Below, in pieces: positions 38,929 to 52,074 of a stretch of DNA of 64,000 nucleotides (positions are counted from its first letter, which is position 1; the number at the start of each line of letters is the position of its first letter). The stretch spans positions 19,656,001-19,720,000 of the forward strand of contig NC_087251.1 of the NCBI RefSeq assembly GCF_037042905.1. The letters are read 5' to 3'. The position numbers and the translations under genes were made by a program. Below the pieces are notes generated by a model. That model saw only the letters and a program-made list of their open reading frames with translations, ran no database searches and had not been told where the DNA came from. The stretch is from Lytechinus pictus. Taxonomy: Eukaryota.

Positions 38929-41682
38929 TGTTGTTTAAGTAGTAGTAGTAATAGTAGTAGTAGTAGTAGTAGAAGAAGTCGTAGTAGCAGTAGTAGTAGT
39001 AGTATATAAGTGGTAGTAGCAGAAGCTATAATCATGATAATCGTAGTAGTGTTGGTAGTGGTATAGAACACTGTTAAGAACACAAAAAATGTTACTATAG
39101 TTTTGATAAAATTATCACTAGCAAATATATGCAAGGCCTTTCGATTCTTTCAGAATCCAAATACAGATTTCATATATTTAACAGAGTGCTTCGTGATTTT
39201 CACAATTTTACCCACTGTAAATAGTATGTGTGTATTTCTTCTTTTGAATTTTGTTGCCGCAAATAATATTTTCATTATTAAAGCAATGAAATAACTGAAT
39301 TTGAATTTTTTTTTTTTCATTTTTTAAAAACTGAAAATACCGCATTCAATTTGACCTTTATTTCACGCGATTCTTGCTTAGCTTCATCATGAACTGGCCA
39401 AGCCATGGTAATTTGAGAACATTACACCTTTCATATTAAAATAGGGACAAATCATTTCATGAAAGATGCACTTATAATGGATCGGACGTACGTAAAGTAT
39501 TAAGGAATTTCCTTCAACTTTCCTCAAACAGATTGTCTGTTATAAAAACAGATTAACTGTAAGAACGTGCAGTATAATCCTGATAATTGGAACCGTTCTC
39601 GACACTTAGCTGCTGCTAATACTTGTGACCCCAATTAGCAATGGCGTAAAATTTTTTTCAGCAGTTGGGAACAGTGGGGGGGGGGGTTAATTTATATTTT
39701 GTAAGGGGGCATCAAAATAAATTTGTTTTGTGGTAGTCTTAAAGACAGAAGTTTAAGTACATTTACTTTTATTCTCACAAACGCGATTAGGTATCTCACA
39801 AGTCCTAGATAAATAATGCGAGCGCGAAGCGCTGGCTGACTTTTTCATATTTCATGATATTTAGACCTGAAAGATAAACCTATTAGTAGTGAACTTGTTT
39901 TCATTAATAGAATGAGTATCTATATAAATAAACAGATAATTAAAGCGCTGAAAATATATGAATAGGCCTACAGACCTGACAACTGGACATTTCAAGGATT
40001 GTTGTGGGAGTTAATGAAGAGTATGAAGAGTAAAGTATTTCTCGCTAATGAAGCAATGCAAGCACGTGGAAGGGGCCTGTGTTTTACTCTCTCCAGGCGT
40101 TTCGTGTATTTATACGTAAGTGAGCCAAGCGAACGAGGGATAAATCTAATACTTTAAGAGCGATATTTTCACATATTAGATATATTTGAACGTAATACGG
40201 TAGAGTCATATAACTTTAAACAGTGGCGTCGAATACTCGGAGAAGGGGTGATCACCAAACCATCAATCTTGATATAGAATACTATTTAACATACAAAATT
40301 GTTAATTCTTCGCAGCTCTTCAAGTGCAAATTTTATACTGTAATTTTTTGGTACGCAGAGCGCGCACAAAATTTTGGATATATATTTTTTTCACCAGTAT
40401 CTATTATATGTTTTAAAAACTTTAGCCTCGGTCAAATATAGCGACCATGCTATTTTCTCAAGAAAGAAATATATCCTAAATAACGACAAAATTTCAGATC
40501 GCTTTTGAGAAGATTTACAAATTTAGAATTAAAACTCCAATTTTACGGCATATTTGTGCTTATATTCGTGATGTGGGTGAAGTAAGGAGGTTAATTGAAA
40601 AAAAGTTGCATGGTAGTCTAATGTAAGGGAATCATTGACTTGCTATAGTCGCAGAGGGCATTAATGTCCTCTGCATTTTATTTTACGAGGGAGCGTGTAG
40701 CAAAAAAAAAAAAAAGTCCTATTTATTGTTTTAATCTTTGATGGATTTTCCTCAAACCTTCACCAATATATTCTTCTTAGTTTATCTGCTATTTTTTTTC
40801 ACAATAAATTTTCCTTAAATTTCTTTCTCTTTCTTATTCGATTCCCTTTCCTATCATTGAATGAATGAATTTATTAAACTTGTAAGACTTCTCATTCTTG
40901 TACAATAATAAAGTAGTTTGCGGTTCACAGTGCCTCATTTTTAGAGGCTTGACAAGATACTAGCAAATTACGTTATCAAAAACTTTGTGTTTAATGGTGT
41001 ACTCCAGTACTACTGTTTTCTTTTTATTTAGCGAAAAGAGCTTAACCCTGAAAAATTAAATGATGCATTTTAGGGCCAACCCATATAGTTTATGACCAGC
41101 AATGAATTTTTCCTAGTAGTCACCTTGGTGCCTTCTTCATTAAGGGGAAGTAGAGTAAAGCCATCAAAGCTCCAAGATAGTCGTAAAATTTACCCTTACA
41201 ATATCTTTGTATAACAAGGGCAGTGCTAGGGTATGTTTATAGAGGGGGGGGGCAAGATAAGCTACATGTCACGTTATTTTAAATAAGGAATATAGAGTCA
41301 CATGACACAGATCTATCTTTTTCATTCTATTCGTGCTTATTTTTTTATAATTCCCCTTTCCTTTCTTTCTCCTCTCTTTCCCCTTTGTCACTAATTGAAA
41401 AATCATAGAGAGGAGACCTTCTTTGTCTTCGATAGGGGCTTTCCTGTTTTAAGAGATTTTTGTAAACACGTCTGTTTGACTCTTACGTGAGGATAAAGTT
41501 TATTCGGGAATATAAACGTGCTTCAACATATTCTCGCAAGTGTTGATTATTCAGCCATAATTACAGACTGAGTTTTACGCGCAGATCGCAAGACTACATT
41601 AACTGATTCACCATAATGCTGTACCGATGGGTGAGAAAAACTATATTCAAATATTACTTATAGTAATAAATTCTATAAAACA

Positions 41683-43438
41683 TACAAAATGTATAAACAT
41701 TATACATTCTCTTGCTGATCCACTGCTTCATACATTTAATATATCATTGCAGCTTGGCCAGGTCCCAAAGAAGTTAAAAATAGCTAAAGTTATACAAGGG
41801 AGATCAATTAATTACTAGTAATTAACGCCCGATATATTTTGTTAACTCCGTTCTCAAACATTCTTGAAAAGATAATTCATAAAAGGACAGTTGCTTTCCT
41901 TAATATAGTACATATTATATGTAATAATCAATTCAGTTTTAGAAAAAAAACAAAATGCAACTTATGCTATATTGACATTAATAAATAAAATATATACTTC
42001 TTTTGACAATTCTGATCATACCGTAGGGTTGTTCCTCGACTTCTCAAAAGCGTTTGATAGATCATGAAATACATTTATATAAGATATCAAATTATGGTAT
42101 CAGAGGGACAGCTTTACAATGGTTTAGGAGTTATCTTACTGATAGAACTCTGTTGCGTGTGGAATTCCACAAGGTAGTACTCTTGGTCCTCTGCTATTTG
42201 TACTTTATGTTAATGATAAGAAAAAATCATCTCATGTTATTTATTCTCTTTGCTGATGATTCTAATATTTTCTACACACATCATGATTCACATTCACTTG
42301 TGAGCACTCTGAATGCAGAATTTAAAAAAGTAAGAAACATGACAAACTGGATTAAAACCAACAAACTGTCATGTCATTGAATCTGCAAAAGCAAATTACA
42401 CTGTACGTGCTTTTTAGTCATTCATTGACACATCTGCCGCATCAAATACTTTCAGATAATACTGAAATCTTAAAAGTGCAAACAACAGAATTGTTTAGGT
42501 CTTACTATTGATAATAAACTTACGTGGAATGCTCATATCAACAATATTTGCATAACTGTGGCAAGAAATATTGGAGTCATCAACAAGCTTATAAACGTTC
42601 TTACAGCACAGGCACTATCCATGCTGTATTGTGCAATAATTCTGCCTTATCTTAATTATGGGTTTCTGGCATGGGGAAATGCCTTTCAAACGAGACCCAA
42701 CAAAGTCGATCTACTTTAGAAAAAAGTGCTGAAAATAATATGCAATACACCCGTTAAAGCTCGTACGGATGAATTGTTTCGTCAGAAACGTATCCTTAAA
42801 GTCAGTGACCTAGCTGTACCGCTTACAACTATTCCAATTCATGTATCAGCTAGATAGAAATAGTGTACCTACAAAATAAATTTACGAGAAATAATACTTT
42901 GCATTCAAATAATACTAGGCAATCAAATTACCATCACTTATTTAAAAGTAGAACAGTACTTTCTAGCAAAGCTGTATTTTTCACAAGACCCAAAATCTGG
43001 AATTCTTTGGACAGAGTAATAAAATAGGCAGCTAATCTGAACCAATTTAAATTATTATATTAATCTTTTTTTTTTCTAAATTCATACTGATTTAATCAAA
43101 TATTTTGTGAACTCTATACTTATCCACGATACTGTTGATTATTTCAAAGTCAATGGATAATTTGTATATAGTGTATATACATTCGTGCTACAGTGTTTTT
43201 ATCAATATAAATTTATAGAATTTTGCTGATTATTTGCTGTACTTTGCCATACCATATTACCCTTGAATAAAATTTCGATAGGGGGTTTACATCTTACAAG
43301 CTCTGCTTTTCAGTATAGGCCCTCTACTTTATTTTATTTCAACCCTGCATAATTATGTTATGCAGCTTTTTTTTTCATTGTAAATTATACATTATGACAT
43401 GTACTTTGACGATTTGTAAGATTTGAATGAATTAAAAA
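41683..43438 (+). mobile_element. 5'-truncated, frameshifted CR1/L2-group LINE (reverse transcriptase ORF2 remnant plus 3' UTR)
   Basis: RT motifs in broken frames: LADPLLHTFNISLQLGQVPKKLKIAKV, FLDFSKAFD (~42030), YGIRGTALQWFRSYLTDR, GIPQGSTLGPLLF (~42160), LFADD (~42246), LNYGFLAWGN, RPKIWNSL. The empty site is visible in duplication copy 1 at ~38400. Confidence 0.93.
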
Positions 43439-43494
43439 GGATATAATTAGAGAAGAAGTATAGTAGTATTGGTAACAGTATAGAAGTAGAAGCA

Positions 43495-43521
43495 GTCGTT
43501 GTTGTAGTAGTAGTAGTAGTA

Positions 43522-43587
<66 letters not shown>

Positions 43588-43590
43588 AGG
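43495..43590. repeat. (AGT)n microsatellite
   Basis: Long tagtagtag run; paralogous to the tracts at 38440-38630 and 38940-39060. Confidence 0.95.
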
Positions 43591-44270
43591 TATTAGTATA
43601 AGTTGCAGAAGTTTTATTATTACTAAAGTAGTAATGGCATATACCTAGGTCTTTTTTCTAGTAGTGGGGAGCGGGGGATTGATATTTTTAAGGGGGCACC
43701 AAAATAAGTTTGATCAGCCAAGATAGAAGTTTTAAGTACATTTCAGCTTTATTCTCATAAACACAATTAAGTATCTCATAAGTCCTGAATTAATAATGCG
43801 AGAGCGAACCACTAGCTGATTTTCTTATATTTCCTGAAATTTACACCTGAAAGATAAAAATTTTAGTAGTGAACTTGTAATTACGTGAATAGGATGGGTA
43901 TCTAACTAACAAAAAAATAATAATCAAAGCACTGAAAATATTTGAATAGGCCTTCTGACCTGAAAACTGTATGTTTATAAAGGGAATGGAGAATATATGT
44001 GTTTCTTGCTAATCAAATAATGCAAGCGCGTAGAAGGGGCTTGTGTTTTACTCTCTCTAGGCGTTTCATGTATTCATACGGAAGTGAGCCATAATAGTGA
44101 ACGAGGGAAAAATGTCACACTTTCAAGAGCGATATTTTCAAATATTACAGACCAAATATAAGGCATAATAGAATATGGCAGGCAATGGTGACTTTAATGA
44201 CAACCCCAACCCCTTAAAATAATACGTGGGAATATGGTGACCGGAAAAATGTTCGAAGTGAATCATAGTA

Positions 44271-44563
44271 GGCCCGTATTCTGAAGTCAGGTTTAACTTA
44301 GACCACGATCTAACTTTGTGCTAAAATTATGGGGAGGCAAAAATTCAAATTCTGTTCAGAGTGTATATATCGTATGTTTACTAGTTTGTTTCCTTTTGCT
44401 TTCATAATGAAAAATAAAATACTTCAAAATACTTCAGCTATATCATTCCCAGACAATTATGAACATGCGTACCATTAGGACTTTGTGCCACAATTGGCTA
44501 TCCATAGTTAAACCACAACTTTATACCAATATTTAATTTAAACCTGAGTTCAGAATATGAGCC
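44271..44563. mobile_element. TIR MITE, present only in duplication copy 2
   Basis: GGCCCGTATTCTGAAGTCAGGTTTAA ... TTAAACCTGAGTTCAGAATATGAGCC, flanked by atagta on both sides. Confidence 0.75.
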
Positions 44564-44905
44564 ATAGTATTTAAAACAATTTTTATGAATTTTCTAATAA
44601 ATGTATATACGTCTGCACCATATTTAAATTCACGAATGGGATATTTAACATGCAGGCTGCAAAAGAATAGACCTCAGGATCGCTTCTTCACTTTAAACAA
44701 TGGCGTTGACCATGGGGGGGGGGGGCGATCACCAAGCCATTAATCTTGACTTTAAAATACTACTTAACATATAAAATTGTCAATTCTTCGCCGCTCTCCA
44801 AGTGGAAATTCTATATTTTAATTTTTTCGGTGCGCAGAGCGCGCACAAAATTTTGGATATAATTTTCATTCTTATCTGAATTATAGATCGACAAACCTTA
44901 CTCTA

Positions 44906-45875
44906 CAGTGCGTATCAAAAAAAGTTTACACTTAGAAATAGTCCTGTAAAATTATACATTTGTAATATCCTGAAGATTTTTCCACATTTTAACATTGGTA
45001 CAGATCCATTTAAGCAAATGACGATATAACTGTCGAAAAATATTTCTGCTTGAGTGAGCACCACTTACTTTTGAAAAGTTAGTGAAAAATTATATGCGCA
45101 GAACTTTGAAATAGTTATGCGAATAAAAGTAGACCTTAATCATGAAGAACACATGGAGTTTAGCTAGTAAAATTGATTTGAATATATCTTTTACATTTTA
45201 ACTTGTTTCCTTGCCCAAAACACTTCGAAGAGTGCATTGCGACCCACCCCACTCCCCCACATACCGAGGCCATCGTGACGATATTTGCTTTACACTGAGC
45301 TGTGATTTACATAAAATGGCTTATAGGCTTGAGTTTCATTTTGTTAATCATTGTCAAGCTTGGGAAAAGTGCAGAGAAACAAGTATTAAATGAAAAATGA
45401 AATGGAAACCCACTTTAAATGAAAAAATGCTGGAGATGTCTGAAATAAACTTTTGTTCAGATTCAGTAATGTCCTCAGATCCAGCTGGCACAAAAAGGGT
45501 AGATGTTGTGCTTACTAAGTGTTGAAATTTCAGTTTGGGTGGAAAATTGTTACAAAATGCTTGAATGTATCCGTTTTATTTCAATTGACTAAAAGTGCAA
45601 GGGAAATGGATGAGAAATGTTTCGCAGGGTAAGTTTGATTTCGCCCTTTCTCCTTGACACAGCGTGAAAACGAGCATTTTTGCGCAAACAGATTTCTGCG
45701 AGCTTTACAAAAATGGACAGTGCTCACTCAAGTGTAACATTCTGTCAAAACTTTTACTTTCATTGGATAGATGAGACCCAAATCTAAGATTATATATGAA
45801 AAAATTTACAACATGTTGTATATTTTTTAATTCCCAGGGCTTTTTCAAAGTGTAAACTTTTTTTCATACGCACTG
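44906..45875. mobile_element. Tc1/mariner-like non-autonomous element
   Basis: TA|CAGTGCGTATCAAAAAAAGTTTACACTT ... AAGTGTAAACTTTTTTTCATACGCACTG|TA; the empty site is at ~40400 in copy 1. Confidence 0.88.
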
Positions 45876-47170
45876 TATATTACATGTTTTAATTAACTTC
45901 AGCCTCGGTCGAAGAATATATAGCGACCATATCATTTTCTTAAGAAAGAAAACGTATTCAATATAATGAAAAAATATAAGAGCGCTTTTGACAAAATAGA
46001 CAAATTAAAAATTTAGATTCTAATTTCACAGTGTATTTGCTTATATTCGTGGTGGGTGAAGTAGGGGGTCAATTTGAAAAAAAAATGCAAGGCAGGGGAT
46101 AATTGACCTGCCATAGTCGCAGAGCGCATTAATTTCCCTGTATTTCATGATTTGCGAGCGTGAAGGGACCGAGCGAAAAAAAATGATTTAAAATGATAAA
46201 ACCTTTTAATTTCAGAGAATTTGACGACATTAAAGGAATACTGCATTATTCAATACATATATACGAATAAAGGGCCTACATATATATATTTTATTTTCTT
46301 TGTGTTCGACACTTTTTTTTTTGGGGGGGGGGGGAGACCAAAGGCCAGGGCCCTTGGAACAATTTTTTTTACTGTGGGTGGTGATGTAAATTTGAAAAGC
46401 AAGTGCTGCCTATGAAGAATGGTAAGCGCAGCACCCCCGCTTACCTGGGCCATGCCAAAGGCCCCTCAGAACCGCGCCTGCCCCAAATCCTGGATTTGCC
46501 AAGGTTCTAGGGTATACAATCATGACAACAGACGATAAATTGTGGTCTACTGACGAGGCCAAGGATTAAGTTCGTCTATATTAAGATTATTTTCTATAAT
46601 AAACCTTGCTTTTGGTTTGAAATATGTCCTGGGTGTGCATAGTTGACTTCCAAACTTGATTAAACTGACCGCGATGTTTTCTAGTATGCATATTTCCGTT
46701 TACATTGAGGATTAGCCCGAGGATTAGGCTGAGCGAAAAATAATTTTAGGAAAACACAAGTAAGTAACGCTAGGCCATGTGGACACTAGGCCTTGTGGAC
46801 ACTCCGCGAAAATATGGATAAGTTCAGTTTCATTTTTCATCCCCTTTTTCAATTCTAGTATCACGTGATGACTGTGGCTGTTCTGGGCATTCTATATCTA
46901 GGTAAGAACACATTTATTTATAACGGTATAACTATTCGTTCATTTGTACATATAATGAAGGCCTATATATGATCCCGTTTATAGACACACTCATCTATAT
47001 TCAAATGTGTTGCAGTCACGCAAACAACAAAATTTATACCAGATCGATCAAAACGATTACAATATTTGCAACAACTTACCATAATGACCATTGGTCAATT
47101 TCTTTGGTGTGACTGTATTAAATACGCATTGACACATCGGCATAGACGGACGATACATATCCGGTATTGA

Positions 47171-47452
47171 AGGAGTACTCCAGGCTGAAAATAAGAATAT
47201 CTGAATAAATAGGGTAAAATTCACCAAGCAGAAGGCTGAAAATTTCATCAAAATCTGATAACAATTAAAAAAAAAAAGGTAATTGAATTTTAAACGTTGG
47301 CAAAAATTTTGTGATAATAGTTATATGCACATCGTCATGAATATTCATTTGTTGATGGGTTGATGATGTCATTTTCCCCACTTCCCTTTTTTCTTATGTT
47401 ATTAGAAGCCATGAGCGTCTACTGACGGTGTGCACGCTCTACAAATATACAC

Positions 47453-47487
<35 letters not shown>

Positions 47488-48190
47488 GAAATCAGAATAT
47501 TTCTATACATGTGTGTATGCTATGCCTTCTTATATTAAATAAGTTGGAGCAATGAATATCTAAAGTATTAAAGGGATGGTCCGGGCTGAAAATGTTAATA
47601 TCTAAATAAATAAAGTAAAATTCCCAAAGAAAAATGCTGAAAGTTTCATTAAAATCATTTAATTAGTTGTCAATCCAATCGTTTTAGTTCTTGGTAGAAC
47701 AATTTCATATAATAAGATACAGAAGAAAAATTGGGGATATGACATCATCAGCCCACCTAATGAATATGCATAAAGACATGCTTAGAACTGTTTCACCGGA
47801 ATAATGCAAATCTTTAAAATTTCAATAACTTTGTTATTTATTTCAGATCTTGATCAAATTTTCAGCATTTTGCTCTGTGAATTTGAGTCTATTCATTGAT
47901 ATATAAATATCTCCATCCTGGACCATCCCTTTAAATCAAATGTCCATCCATTTTTACAAAAAAAACTTGGATGACAAAATTTGAATAAACAAAGTTTCAT
48001 AGAATAAAATACAACAGAACAAGTGGGGATGTGACATCAATTTGCTGATTGAATATTCATGAAGACATGCATAGAATTGTTTCCCCGAAATAATGCAAAC
48101 CTTTGAAATATCTCTGTTATTCCTTGTCCGATTTTGATATTTTTTTCTTCATGTGTTCAAATCATATTATTTTCAGCCTGTAGTACACCT
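47171..48190. mobile_element. Kolobok-like MITE with a nested related MITE (47572-47930) and a SINE/LINE tail fragment (~47405-47484)
   Basis: Outer AGGAGTACTCCAGGCTGAAAAT ... ATTTTCAGCCTGTAGTACACCT. Inner TTAA|AGGGATGGTCCGGGCTG ... CCTGGACCATCCCT|TTAA. Fragment gctctacaaat...(TTA)n. Confidence 0.75.
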
Positions 48191-48275
48191 TTTAAAGAGC
48201 ATATCCTTAAACAAGACCATTCTGATGCGAAAATGTCTTATATCCATATGTCACAAGTATGAGTCCTAGAGATTA

Positions 48276-48315
<40 letters not shown>

Positions 48316-49395
48316 GTGTATGGTGTTCTGGTTTGTCGTTTTGTTTGTTTTTCTGTCTATTCTCATATTGCTTGTTGTTGTTGATGTTAGTGTTTTAGTT
48401 TGTTCAGCTTCAGTGTCTGAAAATGTAAGGGGTTGTTCTTGGGGCGGGAGAACGCATAATAATAATAATACATTCATTCATTCAGTCTGCTTAGCAGGGT
48501 TTTTTTTACGTGATGTCATATTTTCTAATTACTCGGCTGCAAAGTCGTGGAAAATGATATTTTCTATGATTTGTTTATGTCACTGTTCAGATACAATTTA
48601 TCTGCTATGTTTATTTTCCTATTTTTGATAATGAATTACCACCCACAACTGCTATTAATTTGATAATATTTTATATGATATTTTCTCGATTATGTATGTA
48701 TGAATTTTATTTGAAATTAATGAATAACAGCGATAGCTACAAAATAAAAGTTATGCATAATAATGCTTATGCGTAATGCTATATTCATACTATATATAAA
48801 CGAAACCGACTCTAAACCAACCAAACGTATGCCATTCCGGGATGCAATTTAAGAAGATATTCTCGCTACAAGTGCAATAGGGCATATAGTATGGAATATG
48901 TTCCATCATAAAATCGTAGTCAATTTGCCTCTAAAAAAAGTGGTCTAATGTGCACTGCTGTGGACATTTGAAAATTAAATACGCTGATGTATAATTTCAT
49001 TCATTTTGTTCAATTTGCATGGCGATCGAAAAGCAATGCTGTTGTATGTATAATAATTGCATGATTAATTGCAAATCATCGGCATGCTTCTTTCTAAATG
49101 GCATGGCAATGAATAAGAATATCAATGCATATATGGTTAAGAGGGACCCTTTTCGAAAAAAAAACTACCGGTCGTAAAAAATTCAAGACCCTCGAAATAG
49201 AACTACCAAGCCTTGATGAATAAAAAATAAGGAAGTTGTATATATATGGAGTAGTATGATAGGGAGTTTGATCACATAAACACAGCAACAGCGTTTTGCG
49301 TGACCCCCTCCCACCCCACCACCTTCCACACAGAGTGCAATTAAATTATATTCATCATGTGTACTGATTTTGATATTAATATTGATGGAATTTAG

Positions 49396-49542
49396 GGATA
49401 TGCATTGGATTTTCATGCGATCGAGACATGACCTGCCCCTCAGCTTTATACAAAGATGGGTCGATTGTAAGGAGCTCAACAAGGATGTGGAACAATTCTG
49501 ATGATACAGACCTCGCCAACTATATACTGAAATGCCACACAG
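49396..49542 (+). CDS. Putative 5' coding segment/exon of the EGF + LDLR-class-B gene (Cys-containing N-terminal region)
   Basis: Open frame GICIGFSCDRDMTCPSALYKDGSIVRSSTRMWNNSDDTDLANYILKCHT ends at a good donor CAG|GTATGT in phase 1, matching the EGF exon. The 5' boundary is uncertain: either a weak TTTAG acceptor or a damaged first exon. Confidence 0.55.
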
Positions 49543-49908
49543 GTATGTTGTTTATACATGTTTAAGATTGCCTTGTGTTTGAATTTATTCTCATATTTTG
49601 AGGAGTTATAACGCATACATCTAAAAAAAAAAAACAGTCAAACATATTTTGAGGACCCTTGTGAAGTCTTCATTGGTCCATCCCCATCCCCAGTACAGCC
49701 TCACACGAACACCCCCACGCACCAGAACGCACCTAGGCATTCAGCTCGCACGTTCCCGTACCCCAACCGCACACCTTCGTATACTAACACGTGGTGACGT
49801 ATGCCCATTTTCCGATAAAATTTTAAGAAGCAAAAAGGAAATTAATATACTGTGTTGACGATAATTGTGTGAATTTTTTCGGCTTGGATATTCACGTTTT
49901 TTAAATAG

Positions 49909-50016
49909 GTAATGCTTGTTTGAACAACCCCTGTCTAAATGGAGGCTCTTGCGTGGAAGATAACTTTGGGTCATACTACTGTTACTGTGAGCGTGGCTTC
50001 GACGGCAAATCATGCG
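49909..50016 (+). CDS. EGF-like domain exon (phase 1-1, 108 bp)
   Basis: tttttaaatag|GT AAT GCT TGT...TGC G|gtaagt translates to [36 protein letters not shown]: six Cys in canonical EGF spacing with CxNGGxC and CxCxxGFxGxxC. Too short to appear in the ORF track. Confidence 0.95.
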
Positions 50017-50909
50017 GTAAGTACTTTCTCTTTCAGGGGATCCTTCTAATATGAAGGGGATAACTAATAGCTAAGGTGATAAATAACGTGATCGAAATTT
50101 TAAAACGTATTTTTCTTTTAAAGTCCTCACGAGAAAGGGATTGATTCAAGTAGAAACTATAATTCCAATTTTCAATCTGTAAGGGAATATTCAAAGATAT
50201 ATAATTTCGGGGAAGGGTATCATTTACGTATCCAAGGGAACATGAGGTCAACTCCCGACGGATATTAAGCGAATGGGGCCGATTTCACCGACTCAATTGG
50301 ATTCACCAAATCGATTGCAAGGGATTCGGGTTTTTTCTGATTGAGATTTTTTTAAATTAGGGATCATTGGAAAACGCGACAGAAGGCGAACAGAAATTGT
50401 ACATGTGAATAGACAACGAGAGATAACGCTTCTGTCGTTCACTCCTGTTCACGCTTGCATTTCCGGTAGCCGAAAAACAGAAACGGTCCATTGGAAAATC
50501 ACAACCAATGAATTCAAATGTTCCGTCAACGATCCGTCTCGTACCTTACGTGTCTTAACGTCTTCACGAAACACACTGGGAACGGAACGCGACCAGAGCA
50601 GAAAACTGCGCAAGAGTAAAGCAAAGAAAAAATGTTTTCATGTCTCTAACATAATCTGAACGTTGAAGAAAAATTAAACTAGACCAAATAAACAAATATG
50701 CTACGCCATTTTGAAATTTCTTTCCCGGTGACCCTAAAAAAAAAAGATATTTTCCATTGATCTGCCTATGAACGAAAATGACCACGATAATCGATATCCA
50801 ATGAGAGTATAAAGCAAATTTTGAAAGAGTGTTTTGGTCGTTTCTTCATAGAACTGTCTGATTTTTATACTTTCATTTATCGTTAGTGTCGACGAAATTG
50901 TATCATTTA

Positions 50910-50915
50910 TGTATA

Positions 50916-50947
<32 letters not shown>

Positions 50948-51014
50948 AATTACACACACACACACCCTCGCACACCCTCACTCACACTCACACACATATA
51001 TATATATATATATA
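50910..51014. repeat. (TA)n/(CA)n microsatellite
   Basis: tatata and cacaca runs; TA runs continue at 52055-52074 and 52889-52967. Confidence 0.95.
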
Positions 51015-52054
51015 CAGCGCGTCCAAAAAAAAATGTCCCTCTGATATGTGGCTATATTACTTCAAAAAATAAAAATTATTCTCAATGAAATGTATAGAAC
51101 TAGGAAGCTCATATCATGTTCTAACTTCTATAAAAATGTCATTGGTCTTGCTTCAGTGGTTTTGAATGGTTATGGTTATGTAATAGTGGTGTTTTTCAGC
51201 CCATTCCAAGTTTGCATGCATGCAGCACTGCTGTGTGTTCTGCACTTTCTAGTATATCAACCCTCTTTGAACATTCTGACCAAGGAATTCCCTGATCTGA
51301 CCAGGGAAATCTCCATGATCTAACCAGGCTCATCAAATCACAACCTTGAGCATGTTCAGAAGGGCAAAAACAATATGTGACAGTTCATTCCATGTTTGAT
51401 AACAGGAGATGCACAGTGATTAGGACAACAAGTCATGTCTGTTTCATGCCTAATTCATGCCTAATACTGCATTTTTTGTTTTCATTACCTTTTTTTAGTT
51501 AATAAGCTACTGTGGTTAAGTTAATTCAATGTAACTTTTTAAAAGAAAAACAAGTCAAAATTTTCTCTGGTAAAGTTCCTTTTCGTAAAGGGAGATAAAC
51601 ATGTGGATTCCCCTTTATTTTCCAGCTTATTTTTTTCATCAATCATTCACATTTTCATTCCAATATGGTGCACTGATTCCCCTTATTGATCATCAAACAA
51701 ACTTAAAGTTTTATGTTTCTTGTCCTTCTGAACATGCCCAAGTTAATGATTTGATGAGCCTGGATATGATTAGGGAAATGTCCCTGCTCAGATAATGGAT
51801 GTAAAAATGGGGGTTAATATGCCATAGACAATGCAGAAATGCATCAATGCTGCAAACTTGGAATGGGCTCAAATGCACCACTGTTACGTAACAGAGTGTA
51901 TATTAAAAACCGCTGAAGCGCGATCAATAAAATTTTCATAGAAGTTAGATCACGAGATGAGCTTTCCACCCATGAACATTTATTTGAGAATACTACCACA
52001 TTTTAGAATTAATTCAGCCCTATGTCAGATGGATATTTTTTTTGGGACGCGCTG
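51015..52054. mobile_element. Tc1/mariner-like MITE with long TIRs
   Basis: TA|CAGCGCGTCCAAAAAAAAATGTCC ... GGATATTTTTTTTGGGACGCGCTG|TA; imperfect arms traceable to ~51368 and ~51720. Confidence 0.85.
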
Positions 52055-52074
52055 TATATATATATATATATATA

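Larger units (their letters stand above)
35640..46185 (+). repeat. Diverged tandem segmental duplication: copy 1 ~35640-40710, copy 2 ~40730-46185
   Basis: Collinear homologous blocks: 35640-36412 ~ 40732-41488; 38230-38400 ~ 41490-41682; 38405-38600 ~ 43440-43590; 39660-40180 ~ 43660-44150; 40215-40385 ~ 44690-44865; 40400-40710 ~ 45878-46185. Confidence 0.9.

Noticed and set aside
42054..42380. Functional reverse transcriptase gene
   Set aside because: Multiple frameshifts, stops and internal deletions show it is a dead LINE fragment.
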